Assembly (NCBI GenBank): GCA_963828525.1
Contig: CAWHEP010000003.1
Span: forward strand, 1 to 64,000
From: an uncultured Verrucomicrobiae bacterium
GTDB lineage: Bacteria > Verrucomicrobiota > Verrucomicrobiia > Chthoniobacterales > Chthoniobacteraceae
Reading direction: 5' to 3'
Length of the DNA stretch: 64,000 nt
Shown: one piece after another, positions 19,439 through 31,934 of the stretch
Position numbering within the stretch: position 1 is the stretch's first letter
Layout of the letters: the number at the start of each line of letters is the position of its first letter
The notes under the pieces: model-generated
The model's input: only the letters and a program-made list of their open reading frames with translations
Databases searched by the model: none
What the model was told of the DNA's origin: nothing
Program-made: the position numbers and the translations under genes

Positions 19439-20711
19439 ATGGATAAGAACTCAAGCCCCTATTTCACACATCTGAAGTGCCGCGAATGCGGACGGCTCTA
19501 CGAGAAGCTCGCCATTCATATCTGCGAATTTGACTTCGGACCGTTGGAAGCCGCTTACGATTACGAGGCGATCCGCCCGGTGCTGACGCGGCAGTTGATT
19601 GAATCCCGCCCGCAGTCCATGTGGAGATACCGGGAGTTGCTCCCGATTGACGGCGAGCCCACGGTCGGGCAACAGGTGGGCTTTACCCCGTTGATCAAGG
19701 CGGATCGGCTGGCCAAAGCGCTGGGCGCGCGGGAAATCTATGTGAAGAACGACACGGTCAACTATCCGACCCTTTCGTTCAAGGATCGGGTGGTTTCGGT
19801 CGCATTGACGCGAGCAAAGGAGCTTGGATTTAAGATTGTCGCGTGCGCATCGACCGGCAACCTCGCGAACTCTGTGGCGGCCAACGCGGCTGCCGCCGGA
19901 TTGAAAAGCTACGTTCTCATCCCCGCCGATCTGGAGCAGGGAAAGGTGCTCGGATCTCTAGTGTATGGCACCAATGTCATCGGGATCCATGGGGCTTATG
20001 ATCAGGTGAACCGGCTCTGCTCTGAGATCGCCGGAAAGTACGGGTGGGGATTTGTGAATGTGAACCTTCGGCCCTACTACGCGGAAGGATCGAAGTCGAT
20101 GGGCTATGAAATCGCCGAGCAACTTGGCTGGCGAGCCCCGAAACACACGGTTGTTTGCATGGCGAGCGGCTCGTTGCTGACCAAGATACACAAGGCTTAT
20201 AAAGAGTTCGTCACCTTGGGCTTGATCGACAAGTCCGACTTCCGAATACACGGGGCGCAAGCGGCAGGGTGCTCTCCCATATCAGCCGCGATGAAGAAGG
20301 GCACAGACATCGTGAAGCCGGTTGCGCAGCCGAATACAATCGTGAAGTCTCTCGCCATCGGCACCCCCGCTGATGGCTATTACGCGATCCACAGCATGAA
20401 GGAGACGAGAGGGTCCCGCCGAAGATTGCAGCGATGAAGAAGTGGTCGCAGGCATCCGTCTTCTTGCGGAATGCGAGGGCATCTTTGCTGAGACTGCGGG
20501 TGGAGTTACGGTGGCGTGCGCGAAAAAGCTTATAGCGACCGGCGCCATTCCGCCCGATGAAAGCATCGTTCTTTGCATCACAGGCCACGGCTTGAAGACA
20601 CAGGAGGCCATCATTGGGAAATGCGGCGAGCCGCAACTCATAAAGCCCAGCCTGCGGGAGTTCGAACAGCTCCTGGCAGCCACCCCGTCTTTGGCCCCCG
20701 CCAAAATCTAA
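19439..20711 (+). CDS. Threonine-synthase-like PLP enzyme (fold type II); frameshift near 20415
   Basis: N-terminal CRECG...CEFD, SMWRYRELLP, PTLSFKDR (PLP Lys), CASTGNLA; continues in another frame as EGIFAETAGG...ITGHGLKT. Confidence 0.9.
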
Positions 20712-20734
20712 CATCCCAAATCAAAGAAAAGAAT

Positions 20735-21010
20735 ATGTCTAATACAGTCCGAATACCCACTCCGCTTAGAAAACTCACCAAAGAGCAGGATGTCGTCACC
20801 GCCGCCGGTTCAAACATCGAAGAGATCCTGGGCGATCTCGAACGAAATTTCCCCGGTCTGAAGGAGAGGATCTGCGACGACCAGGGTAACGTCCGCAGAT
20901 TCGTGAACGTTTTCCTGAATGACGAAGATATCCGTTTTCTGCAAGAGCGCGCTACGCTGGTGAAAGATGGGGACGAGATCTCCATCGTTCCAGCGATTGC
21001 GGGGGGGTAG
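20735..21010 (+). CDS. MoaD/ThiS-family ubiquitin-like sulfur carrier protein
   Basis: VRIPTPLR...RRFVNVFLNDEDIRF...ISIVPAIAGG with a C-terminal Gly-Gly. Confidence 0.93.
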   Translation: MSNTVRIPTPLRKLTKEQDVVTAAGSNIEEILGDLERNFPGLKERICDDQGNVRRFVNVFLNDEDIRFLQERATLVKDGDEISIVPAIAGG

Positions 21011-21075
21011 ATGGCGCGGCTCGAGAGAACCTTTTCGAAGCGTCCTGAAAGAACATGCCGTTCGATTCAGTTTGC

Positions 21076-21261
21076 ATGACTAAACTCAATTTCAAAGGCA
21101 ACTGGAACGAGGTAAAAGGGAAGATAAAGCAGAAGTATGGCCAGCTGACGGACGACGATCTGACTTTTTCCGAGGGCAAGGACGATGAATTCCTTGGGCG
21201 GCTTCAGAACAAACTAGGTGAGACGAAGGAGAACCTGCGCAGCTTCATCGAAGGGCTGTAA
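21076..21261 (+). CDS. CsbD/YjbJ-family stress protein
   Basis: KGNWNEVKGKIKQKYGQLTDDDL. Confidence 0.92.
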   Translation: MTKLNFKGNWNEVKGKIKQKYGQLTDDDLTFSEGKDDEFLGRLQNKLGETKENLRSFIEGL

Positions 21262-21270
21262 GGTTTGCGG

Positions 21271-21303
21271 CTTGTAAGGGGTGTCTCAGACACCCTTGAC
21301 AAG
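21271..21303. repeat. Near-perfect inverted repeat (terminator or operator)
   Basis: CTTGTAAGGGGTGTCT-C-AGACACCCTTGACAAG; the right arm contains TTGACA. Confidence 0.55.
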
Positions 21304-21360
21304 TGGTGTTTTGTAGAAACTACTCGTGTTTGCCATTAGGCGTGCTAAATTGCACGCCCT

Positions 21361-21675
21361 ATGGCTATTCAAAAGAAGAACGCTTTTTCCCGGCGCCTGC
21401 CAGACCTTGTAACCGAGGAATTAGTGGCAGCCCTGACGCAAAAAAGCTCCTTCGAGTTCAAGCAGCTATTTGACATAATTCACGGGAATCTTCGCGCCCG
21501 CAACGCGGCCAGCGGCGGTGAGGAGATGTTGCGGCTGAGGTTGTACGAAAAGCTTCAGAACCTCGTTCAGCGAGGGATGGTAAAAAAAACCGGGAAGAAG
21601 TATAAGGGAGTGCCCGCCGCAATCGCTGCCGCAGCCAGCGCGGAAGCGGCGGCGGCCGCAGCGCTGGTTAAATAG
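21361..21675 (+). CDS. Small basic hypothetical protein, possible winged helix, Ala-rich tail
   Basis: 104 aa; LYEKLQNLVQRGMVKKTGKKYKG helix-wing-like segment. Confidence 0.7.
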   Translation: MAIQKKNAFSRRLPDLVTEELVAALTQKSSFEFKQLFDIIHGNLRARNAASGGEEMLRLRLYEKLQNLVQRGMVKKTGKKYKGVPAAIAAAASAEAAAAAALVK

Positions 21676-21743
21676 CATTCCCGCAATCAGTTGCAGGCGC
21701 GGTTTTAGAGCTCGCGCGTGTCAACTGGCAATCAAAAGATTCT

Positions 21744-22118
21744 ATGATCAAAGCGTATCTACCCATTCTCATTCAGGCTGTCGTCGCTGTCGGTTTTGCG
21801 ATCTCTGCGCTTCTGGTGAGCGTGATCCTTGGCAAAGCAGGAAAACGCAATCCAACGAAGGATAGCGCTTACGAGTGCGGGATGCTTCCTGAGGGCGAAG
21901 CCCAGCCCCGCTTTAGCGTGAAGTTTTATTTGGTTGCGATGCTGTTCATCCTTTTCGATATCGAAATCGTCTTCATGTACCCTTGGGCAATCGTTTTCCG
22001 CGAGTTCGTTACCGCTCATCATCCAGTGGTATTCTGGAGCATGCTTGGCTTTGTCAGCGTTCTCACCGTCGGATATATATACGCCATCAAAAAAGGCGCG
22101 CTGGACTGGAAGGGCTAG
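21744..22118 (+). CDS. nuoA: NADH-quinone oxidoreductase subunit A
   Basis: YECG, RFSVKFYLVAMLFILFDIE, KKGALDW. Confidence 0.95.
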   Translation: MIKAYLPILIQAVVAVGFAISALLVSVILGKAGKRNPTKDSAYECGMLPEGEAQPRFSVKFYLVAMLFILFDIEIVFMYPWAIVFREFVTAHHPVVFWSMLGFVSVLTVGYIYAIKKGALDWKG

Positions 22119-22151
22119 TCTCCTTTTCGGGGCTCGGGATGCTCCGCTGTC

Positions 22152-23225
22152 ATGTTCGTTGACCGAATTCGGATTTTCGCAAAGGCTGGGGATGGAGGCT
22201 GTGGCTCCATAAGCTTCCGACGGGAAAAATTCATTCCGAAAGGAGGACCGGATGGCGGGGACGGCGGGCGCGGAGGGGATATCATTCTTCGCGTTGATCC
22301 CAATGTGGATAACCTGGCAACGTTTTTCTACGAGCCGATCATCAAAGCAAAAAACGGCGAAAACGGGCAAAGGAAGAATATGTATGGACGCGCATCGGCT
22401 TCAAGAATCGTCCTGGTTCCGATTGGAACGCTTGTCTATAAAGCTCCTGCCCCGAGACCGCGTCCGCCTGAACCACCCTTGGGTGAAGACCTTCCCGAGG
22501 CTGTCAAAATCGTGGATGATGCGGGTGAAATGGAACTCGTCGCGGATCTTGATTATGAGGGCGCAGAACTCGTCCTCTGCAAGGCGGGCGACGGGGGCAA
22601 AGGGAACACTCGGTTCAAGACTTCCAGAAACAGAGCGCCACGGCAATACACGGAAGGCGGAACTGGAGAAGAAGGATATTTTTTCCTTGAGCTGCGCAAG
22701 ATCGCGGATGTCGGATTGATCGGATTCCCTAACGCCGGGAAATCGACCCTTTTGGGCAAACTTTCGTCAGCGCATCCAAAAGTGGCCTCATATCCTTTCA
22801 CCACGCTCCACCCCATCGTCGGGGTCGTGGAATTTCCAGGATTCAGGCGGATAACTGTAGCGGATATCCCCGGGCTTATTGAAGGCGCGCACAGGAATGT
22901 GGGACTTGGACATGAATTTTTGAGGCATATCGCCAGGTGCAAACTGTTGCTGTTCGTTTTGGATATGGCGGGGAGCGAAGGACGCAATCCTCTTGAGGAC
23001 CTCACAATTTTGCGAAAGGAATTGAAGCTGCACGATAGTGAACTCGCGCTGCGCCCATGGATTATCGCGGCAAACAAGATGGATCTTCCGGCAGCGTCGG
23101 AAAATCTGAAAGCTTTCAGGAGCAGATTTCGCAAAGTGCCGATCATCCCAATCGCGGCCGCGGAAGGCACAGGAATCGAGGCGCTGAGGAAAAGGTTGGA
23201 GCCCCTGTCGGAACCCGCCGCTTGA
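22152..23225 (+). CDS. obgE: GTPase ObgE/CgtA
   Basis: FRREKFIPKGGPDGGDGG, GFPNAGKST, YPFTT, DIPG, NKMD. Confidence 0.97.
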   Translation: MFVDRIRIFAKAGDGGCGSISFRREKFIPKGGPDGGDGGRGGDIILRVDPNVDNLATFFYEPIIKAKNGENGQRKNMYGRASASRIVLVPIGTLVYKAPAPRPRPPEPPLGEDLPEAVKIVDDAGEMELVADLDYEGAELVLCKAGDGGKGNTRFKTSRNRAPRQYTEGGTGEEGYFFLELRKIADVGLIGFPNAGKSTLLGKLSSAHPKVASYPFTTLHPIVGVVEFPGFRRITVADIPGLIEGAHRNVGLGHEFLRHIARCKLLLFVLDMAGSEGRNPLEDLTILRKELKLHDSELALRPWIIAANKMDLPAASENLKAFRSRFRKVPIIPIAAAEGTGIEALRKRLEPLSEPAA

Positions 23226-23228
23226 CCG

Positions 23229-24402
23229 ATGCCGGTCGTCGCCAGCTACTGCACCACGTTCCTAAAGCCGGAGATGCTTCACATCTATCGGCAGGTGACT
23301 GGTCTTCGGAGATATTCCACCTTCGTTCTCGCCAGGGAAAGGCGATGCGCCGGGGAGTTTCCGTTCCCGGATGTGGAGATGATCCCGAGGGCGCGCAAGA
23401 ATTTCGTAAAGCGATTCTTCCTCAAATATGTACGCCGTCGTCCGCCGGTATATTACCGCGGGGAGCTGCAGGTTCCTCGTCAAACTTTTGAAGCGGCGGC
23501 CTGCCGACTTGATGCATATCTACTTCGGGCATACAGGCGTGCATCTGCTGCCTTTTATTAAGGAGTGGAAAGCCCCTTGTGTCGTCTCATTCCATGGGGC
23601 GGACATCATGCAGCGCCCAGGCCAGGCGGAATACGATGCCCAACTCGGCGAACTGCTCCGGGTCATCCCGCTTGTTCTGGCGCGATCTCAATCCCTCGCG
23701 GATCGACTTATCCGCCTTGGCTGCCCACCGGAGAAAATCCGATTAAATCGAACTGGAGTGCCGCTCGCGCAGTTTCCCTTCAAGACGCGTTCGCTTCCCG
23801 CTGATGGTGAATGGCGCTTCGTTCAGGCGTGCAGACTCATCCCGAAGAAGGGACTTCTCACCGCGTTGCGCGCATTTGCACTGTTCCACGCGGAGCATCC
23901 CAGAGCTCTATTCACCATCGCCGGAGATGGCCCTATGAAAAGGGAAGTTGCCGACACCGCTCGACAGTTGGGAATAGAAAACGCGCTCCAGCTTCCCGGC
24001 TTCCTTTCGCAGGACGCGTTGCGCGAGCTCTACGGAAAATCCCAGATCTTCCTGCACCCGAGCGAAACGACGGCGGACCAGAACCAGGAAGGGGTGCCGA
24101 ACTCCATGCTGGAGGCGATGTCCACCGGCCTGCCTGTTCTCGCAACCAGGCACGGTGGAATCCCCGAAGCGGTTCATGACGAGAAGACCGGATTTCTCGT
24201 GGAAGAGCGTGACCATGAAGCTCTTTACAGGAGTATGCGCCGCATCACGGAGTCTCCCGATTATCTGTATATCATGGGCCAGGCAGCATCGCGCTCAGTG
24301 AGCGCGGAATTCGAGAGCGCAAAACAGATTGAGCAGCTCGAAGGTTATTACGATGAAGCGCTGGAGTTGGGCAGCAAGGCCAAGGCTCGCTCTCCGTCCT
24401 GA
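23229..24402 (+). CDS. GT4 glycosyltransferase (frameshift near 23475)
   Basis: Two overlapping ORFs join; SFHGAD, EGVPNSMLEAM...TRHGGIPE. Confidence 0.88.
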
Positions 24403-24420
24403 CGCGCGTGTGCTTTGCCG

Positions 24421-25737
24421 ATGGCGCCCATAAACTCCTTTGCGTACCTGTTCGAGAGGTTTCCCTCCTACACACAGACCTTTTGCTCGCGGGAGGTGGA
24501 AGAAATGTTCCGGCAAGGAATGGAGCCCCTCGTGGTTTCGATTCGTTCCGATCCGGAGAGTAAACCGAGTGATTTCCCCGCTTCCCTGGCTGGCGGCATT
24601 TACCACCTGCCGCAACCAGAGCAGTTGGAAGCAGAAGCGAAGAAGCTGCGCGCGGCCCATGGCTTGCCTCGCCGCGTCGCGAAAGCACTTGGTCGCTGGG
24701 GAGCCAAGGGCGACAAGATGCGCGCTTATGAAGCAATACACCTTGCTTCTGTTCTGAAAGCCCGCGGCATTCGGCACGTGCATGCGCATTTTGCCGGAAT
24801 GGCCGCTCGCGCGGCGTTTTGGTTGCACCGCTTCCACGGCTTCACATTTAGCCTCACCGGACACGCGAACGATATTTTCTGCGAGCAGAATTATCCGGTG
24901 TCGCTTGAACAGCTGGTGACGGCAGCCCGCTTTGTTGTCACCGAGACAGATTTTAGCCGTGATTGGCTGGTCTCCCGGTTCCCAAAGGCAGGCCGGAAGG
25001 TGTTCCGAGTTTATAACGGAATCGACGCCAGCAAATTTGTCCGAACAGATCGGGAAAGGGTCGAAGGCGTGTTTAAGATTATTTCCGTAGGGCGTTATAT
25101 CGAGAAGAAAGGCTTCGAGTTTCTCATCGACGCGTGCGGGGCGCTGCGCGATCAAGGGTTCGAATTTCGGTGCGAGATTATCGGAGAAGGCCCGTTGCGG
25201 GAAAAGTTGGCTGCTCAGATCGACAGACTTGGGCTTGGCGGACAGATTTGCCTGGCGGGTCCTCGTTCACAGCCAGAGATCATCCCCCTCCTCTCAGCGG
25301 CTTCCGTGTTTGTGCTCCCTTGTGTAAAAGAGTTGAGAGGTGGAATGGACAACCTGCCGACGGTCATTATGGAAGCGATGGCTGCCGGTCTCCCAGTTGT
25401 CTCCACGGGTATCGCGGGCGTGCCGGAGATGGTCGTGAATGGCGAGACAGGATGGATCGTCGCGGAGCGGGACTCCGCCGCCATAGCCCGAGCCCTTCTG
25501 GTGGCGGCTGGTGACCGCGAGATTGCCCGCAGACTGGGTGACAAAGCGCGTGATCGTGCAGCCTCCGCCTTTGCGCTTGGAGGGACGGTTCGCCGGCTTA
25601 AACACCTCCTGGTGGCCTATGGAAGAGTAGACTGCACCCGGGCGTCTGTGACAGCCGATCCAGAACTAAAGTCCCGGGAACGGTATCGCAAAACCGGACT
25701 TGGATTTTGGCTTCGCGACTGGGAAAAAAAAATCTGA
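24421..25737 (+). CDS. GT4 glycosyltransferase, WcaL-like
   Basis: FPSYTQTF, HVHAHFA, VGRYIEKKG, DNLPTVIMEAMA. Confidence 0.9.
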   Translation: MAPINSFAYLFERFPSYTQTFCSREVEEMFRQGMEPLVVSIRSDPESKPSDFPASLAGGIYHLPQPEQLEAEAKKLRAAHGLPRRVAKALGRWGAKGDKMRAYEAIHLASVLKARGIRHVHAHFAGMAARAAFWLHRFHGFTFSLTGHANDIFCEQNYPVSLEQLVTAARFVVTETDFSRDWLVSRFPKAGRKVFRVYNGIDASKFVRTDRERVEGVFKIISVGRYIEKKGFEFLIDACGALRDQGFEFRCEIIGEGPLREKLAAQIDRLGLGGQICLAGPRSQPEIIPLLSAASVFVLPCVKELRGGMDNLPTVIMEAMAAGLPVVSTGIAGVPEMVVNGETGWIVAERDSAAIARALLVAAGDREIARRLGDKARDRAASAFALGGTVRRLKHLLVAYGRVDCTRASVTADPELKSRERYRKTGLGFWLRDWEKKI

Positions 25738-25798
25738 ATTGGACTTGCGCGTCCCGGGGTTACGCTGTTCAATCTCAACTCCCTATTCCGGGGAGAAA

Positions 25799-26731
25799 AT
25801 GTTCAAACCTTCGTTTTCAGCAGCTCCAACCCTGCGACGGGTAATTGCGACGCTCGCGTTCTGCCTTGCAGCGGGCGCTCCATTTGGAGCAATGGCTGCC
25901 GAAGCTCCCGAGCAGGCAATGCCACGGTTTGCGGTGCCGCTGTTCCATATTTTTGGCACCCCGTTGGTGGTGACCAACTCGATGTTGGTTACATGGATTG
26001 TCGCCGCTGGAATCATCATTTTCGCTCAACTCGCGACACGCAACATCAAGAGTGTGCCGGAAGGGGCGCAGAATTTCTGGGAGTGGCTGGTGGAATCGCT
26101 CTATAATTTTTTGGAAGAAGTGATCGGGCCCGAATTGGCGAAAAAGACATTCTGGTTTTTCGCCACGGTGTTCATCTTCATTCTTTTCACCAATTGGTTT
26201 GGCCTCATCCCGGGAGTTGGCACTATCGGCTGGGGCCATCAATCGCCGCAGGGTGGCGTGTTTGAAATATCGGAGCCATTGTTTCGCGGCGCCAACGCGG
26301 ACCTGAACATGACATTGGCCATGTCCATCATCTTCTTTGCGTGTTGGATCGTATGGGCCATTCAGGCAAACGGGATCGGCGGCTTTATCCTCCATCTGTT
26401 TGGCCCCAAAGGTGACACCACAGGCGTCCTGAAAGTCCTGATGATTTTTGTCTTCATCCTCGTAGGTGTCCTGGAGGTCGTGTCCATCCTCTTCCGTCCT
26501 GTATCGCTGAGCTTCAGGCTTTATGGGAATATCTTCGCCGGGGAGAACATGCTGGAATCCATGGCCCACCTTGTGCCGTCACTATCGTGGCTGATCCCCA
26601 TCCCGTTTTACTTCATGGAACTGATGGTCGGATTTGTACAGGCTCTGGTGTTCATGCTGTTGACGGCCGTATTCACGTTGCTCATTGTGCAACACGACGA
26701 AGGGCACGGCGCCCCCGGGGAGCACCACTAG
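25799..26731 (+). CDS. atpB: ATP synthase F0 subunit a
   Basis: NWFGLIPG, RPVSLSFRLYGNIFAGE, VQALVF. Start uncertain. Confidence 0.96.
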   Translation: MFKPSFSAAPTLRRVIATLAFCLAAGAPFGAMAAEAPEQAMPRFAVPLFHIFGTPLVVTNSMLVTWIVAAGIIIFAQLATRNIKSVPEGAQNFWEWLVESLYNFLEEVIGPELAKKTFWFFATVFIFILFTNWFGLIPGVGTIGWGHQSPQGGVFEISEPLFRGANADLNMTLAMSIIFFACWIVWAIQANGIGGFILHLFGPKGDTTGVLKVLMIFVFILVGVLEVVSILFRPVSLSFRLYGNIFAGENMLESMAHLVPSLSWLIPIPFYFMELMVGFVQALVFMLLTAVFTLLIVQHDEGHGAPGEHH

Positions 26732-26809
26732 AGATTTAAAAGCTTTCGGCGCCCGGATCGTGGTCCACTGCGAGGGGCGCTGGAAAAAAGAGAAACAAAA
26801 GGAAAATAA

Positions 26810-27034
26810 ATGATAACACCCATGTTGGCGGAATTATCGGGTAATCTTCACGTTGGTCTGGCCGCGCTCGGCGCGTCCATCGGCGTGGGTCTCATCGGTA
26901 TGAAAGCTTCTGAAGCAGTCGGGCGCAATCCCGGTGCTGCGACGAAGATATTGGTACAGGCAATCTTGAGCACAGCCTTCGCGGAAGGCATTGTGTTTTT
27001 TGCGATCTTCCTGGTCAAAGAGGCCGCGAAGTAA
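26810..27034 (+). CDS. atpE: ATP synthase F0 subunit c
   Basis: GxxxGxG helix, RNP loop, AEG carboxylate. Confidence 0.96.
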   Translation: MITPMLAELSGNLHVGLAALGASIGVGLIGMKASEAVGRNPGAATKILVQAILSTAFAEGIVFFAIFLVKEAAK

Positions 27035-27039
27035 GCTTG

Positions 27040-27072
27040 GGGCGCGAGACCGCTGAGGTCTCGCGCCCTTTT
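27040..27072 (+). terminator. Intra-operon hairpin plus U-tract after atpE
   Basis: GGGCGCGAGACC-GCTGA-GGTCTCGCGCCC-TTTT, a perfect 12-bp stem. Confidence 0.7.
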
Positions 27073-27084
27073 CCTTCTCACAAG

Positions 27085-27636
27085 ATGCTTATGATTCCTT
27101 CCCTTTTGCTAGCGGACAGCGACATGATGGAAATGGTGAACCACACCGGACAGACGTTCGGGTTCAATTGGGGGTTCTTCCTTTCGCAGATGATCAGCTT
27201 CCTGCTGGTCGCCATCCTGCTATACAAGTTTGCCTACAAGCCGATCCTGACTGTCCTGGAGGAGCGAAGACAGCGTATCGCCGAGGGTTTGGCGAACGCG
27301 GAGAAGATCAAGAAAGAGCTGGCGGAAGCGGAGAAGCGCTACGCTGAGATTCTAAACAAGGGAAATGCGGAGGCGCAGAGAATGATCGACGAAGCTCGCG
27401 CGAGCGGCAACGCCGTCGTGGAGCGCAAGCAACAACAAGCAATCGCGGAAGCGGAACAGATCATTGCGAAAGCCCGAGAGGCAACCATGATTGAGCATGA
27501 GCGAATTTTAAGCGAACTCAAACGCGAGATGGGGCGGCTGGTTATCGACACGACTTCGAAGGTGACAGGCAAGATCCTGGATACGTCGGATCAACAGCGG
27601 CTTGCCGACGAAACGGCGCGCGAAATGGCGGCTTGA
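27085..27636 (+). CDS. atpF: ATP synthase F0 subunit b
   Basis: TM helix, then YKPILTVLEERRQRI and a coiled coil. Confidence 0.95.
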   Translation: MLMIPSLLLADSDMMEMVNHTGQTFGFNWGFFLSQMISFLLVAILLYKFAYKPILTVLEERRQRIAEGLANAEKIKKELAEAEKRYAEILNKGNAEAQRMIDEARASGNAVVERKQQQAIAEAEQIIAKAREATMIEHERILSELKREMGRLVIDTTSKVTGKILDTSDQQRLADETAREMAA

Positions 27637-27640
27637 CGGG

Positions 27641-28042
27641 ATGAAACTGAACAAAGAAGCCCGGAAGCTTTCGAGACAATTGTTTCGCGTTAGTTTCATA
27701 GGTGGGAAACTCGACAACGCTCGAATTTCATCGGTGGTTCAATCCATCATCACGACAAAGCCGAGGCACTATCTTTCCCTACTGAAAGACTATCAGCGCC
27801 TCATCCGGCTCGAGGTGGAAAAGCGCCACGCCATCATCGAAAGCGCCACGGAACTAAGTTCGTCCGTGAGCCAGAATGTGGAGCGAGATTTGAAAGCGAA
27901 ATACGGGGGCGACCTAACAACTGATTTCAGGATCAATCCCGACTTGATTGGCGGAATGCGCATCAAGCTGGGCAACGATGTTTGGGACGGCAGTGTCCGC
28001 AACAGACTTTCAAGGTTGCAGGAGGAAATCAGCCACATCTAA
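27641..28042 (+). CDS. atpH: ATP synthase F1 subunit delta (short form)
   Basis: NPDLIGGMRIKLGNDVWDGSV; position between atpF and atpA. Confidence 0.93.
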   Translation: MKLNKEARKLSRQLFRVSFIGGKLDNARISSVVQSIITTKPRHYLSLLKDYQRLIRLEVEKRHAIIESATELSSSVSQNVERDLKAKYGGDLTTDFRINPDLIGGMRIKLGNDVWDGSVRNRLSRLQEEISHI

Positions 28043-28048
28043 GGATTT

Positions 28049-29581
28049 ATGAGCACCATATTACAAGAACTCGAAACGCAGATCGCCAGCCTCAAGACGA
28101 CCACCACAAAATCGAACACGGGAATTGTGCGCGAGGTAGGCGATGGGGTCGCCAAGATCGAGGGCCTGAGCGACGTCATGTTAAATGAGTTGATCGAGTT
28201 TCCAAACGGTCAATTTGGACTTGCGCTAAACCTTGAAGAGACGGAAGTCGGCTGCATCCTGCTTGGCGACACGACCGAGGTCTCGGAAGGGGACGAGGTC
28301 AAAACGACGGGCCGACTCTTGCAGGTGCCGGTCGGGAAAGGTCTGCTTGGGCGAGTCGTCAACACGCTTGGCGAGCCCATCGACGGGAAAGGGCCCATCA
28401 AGACGGATGTGATGTATCCTGTTGAAAAGATTGCCCCCGGCATCATCAAGCGCCGGGGAGTCACCCAACCCGTTCAGACAGGGATCATGGCGGTGGACGC
28501 GATGATTCCGATCGGGCGCGGGCAGCGTGAGTTGATCATTGGGGATCGCGCTACCGGCAAAACAACGATTGCCATTGATACTATCATCAGTCAGGCGCGG
28601 TTGAACAAGGCCGCCGAAGACGGGCAGATCAAGGATTACCGTCCGCTGTATTGTATCTACGTTGGCATCGGTCAGAAGAACTCGAACATCGCGCGCTCGA
28701 TTGCAATTCTCGAAGCGGCGGGGGCAATGCCCTACACGACCATCATTTCCGCGGCTGCTTCCGACTCGGCAACCAGTCAGTATCTGGCTCCTTTTGCAGG
28801 GGCGGCCATGGGTGAATGGTTCATGGATAATGGGATGGATGCCCTCATCGTGTTCGACGACCTCTCGAAGCACGCGGTGGCCTATCGACAGGTGTCGCTC
28901 ATTTTGAAGCGGCCTTCGGGTCGTGAGGCCTACCCTGGAGATGTATTTTACCTGCATTCCCGTCTTCTGGAGCGGAGCGCCCGTTTGAATGAGCAGAGCG
29001 GCGCGGGGTCGCTCACCGCGCTTCCGATTATCGAAACTCAGGCGGGCGACGTTTCCGCTTACATTCCCACCAACGTAATCTCTATTACCGACGGTCAGAT
29101 TTATCTGGAAACGGATCTCTTCTACCAAGGCATGCGGCCCGCCATCTCGGTTGGGCTCTCGGTCAGCCGTGTTGGTTCGGCAGCGCAAATCAAGGCGATC
29201 AAACAGGTGGCTGGCAAGATCAAGCTGGACCTCGCCCAGTTCCGCGAGCTGGCGGCATTCGCGCAGTTCGGTTCAGACCTCGACGCCAAAACGAAGGCGC
29301 AGCTCGATCGCGGCGCGAGAATTGTCGAACTCTTCAAGCAGATACAGTACAACCCCATCCCTGTGGAACAGCAGGTGGCGGTTCTGTGGGCAATGCAGAA
29401 CGGCTATCTGGATGAAATCCCGGTGGATCGAGTCAAAGAATACCAGAACAAACTGCAGGAGTTCCTGAGCACGCGCAAAGAGGCGGTTCTGGCGAAGGTC
29501 CGGGACAAGCGCGAAGTGAACAAGGAAGTGGAAGAAGACCTCCGGGCTGCCGTGAACGATTTCAAGACGACTTTCCGCTAG
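28049..29581 (+). CDS. atpA: ATP synthase F1 subunit alpha
   Basis: [36 protein letters not shown]. Confidence 0.98.
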   Translation: MSTILQELETQIASLKTTTTKSNTGIVREVGDGVAKIEGLSDVMLNELIEFPNGQFGLALNLEETEVGCILLGDTTEVSEGDEVKTTGRLLQVPVGKGLLGRVVNTLGEPIDGKGPIKTDVMYPVEKIAPGIIKRRGVTQPVQTGIMAVDAMIPIGRGQRELIIGDRATGKTTIAIDTIISQARLNKAAEDGQIKDYRPLYCIYVGIGQKNSNIARSIAILEAAGAMPYTTIISAAASDSATSQYLAPFAGAAMGEWFMDNGMDALIVFDDLSKHAVAYRQVSLILKRPSGREAYPGDVFYLHSRLLERSARLNEQSGAGSLTALPIIETQAGDVSAYIPTNVISITDGQIYLETDLFYQGMRPAISVGLSVSRVGSAAQIKAIKQVAGKIKLDLAQFRELAAFAQFGSDLDAKTKAQLDRGARIVELFKQIQYNPIPVEQQVAVLWAMQNGYLDEIPVDRVKEYQNKLQEFLSTRKEAVLAKVRDKREVNKEVEEDLRAAVNDFKTTFR

Positions 29582-29584
29582 AGC

Positions 29585-31899
<2,315 letters not shown>

Positions 31900-31934
31900 A
31901 ACAGTAAACCGCCTTTCATATAATAGATCAGCCA

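Noticed and set aside
26810..27034. Na+-translocating or N-type ATPase
   Set aside because: Subunit c has AEG without the Q...ES/T sodium signature, and the gene order is the standard F-type.
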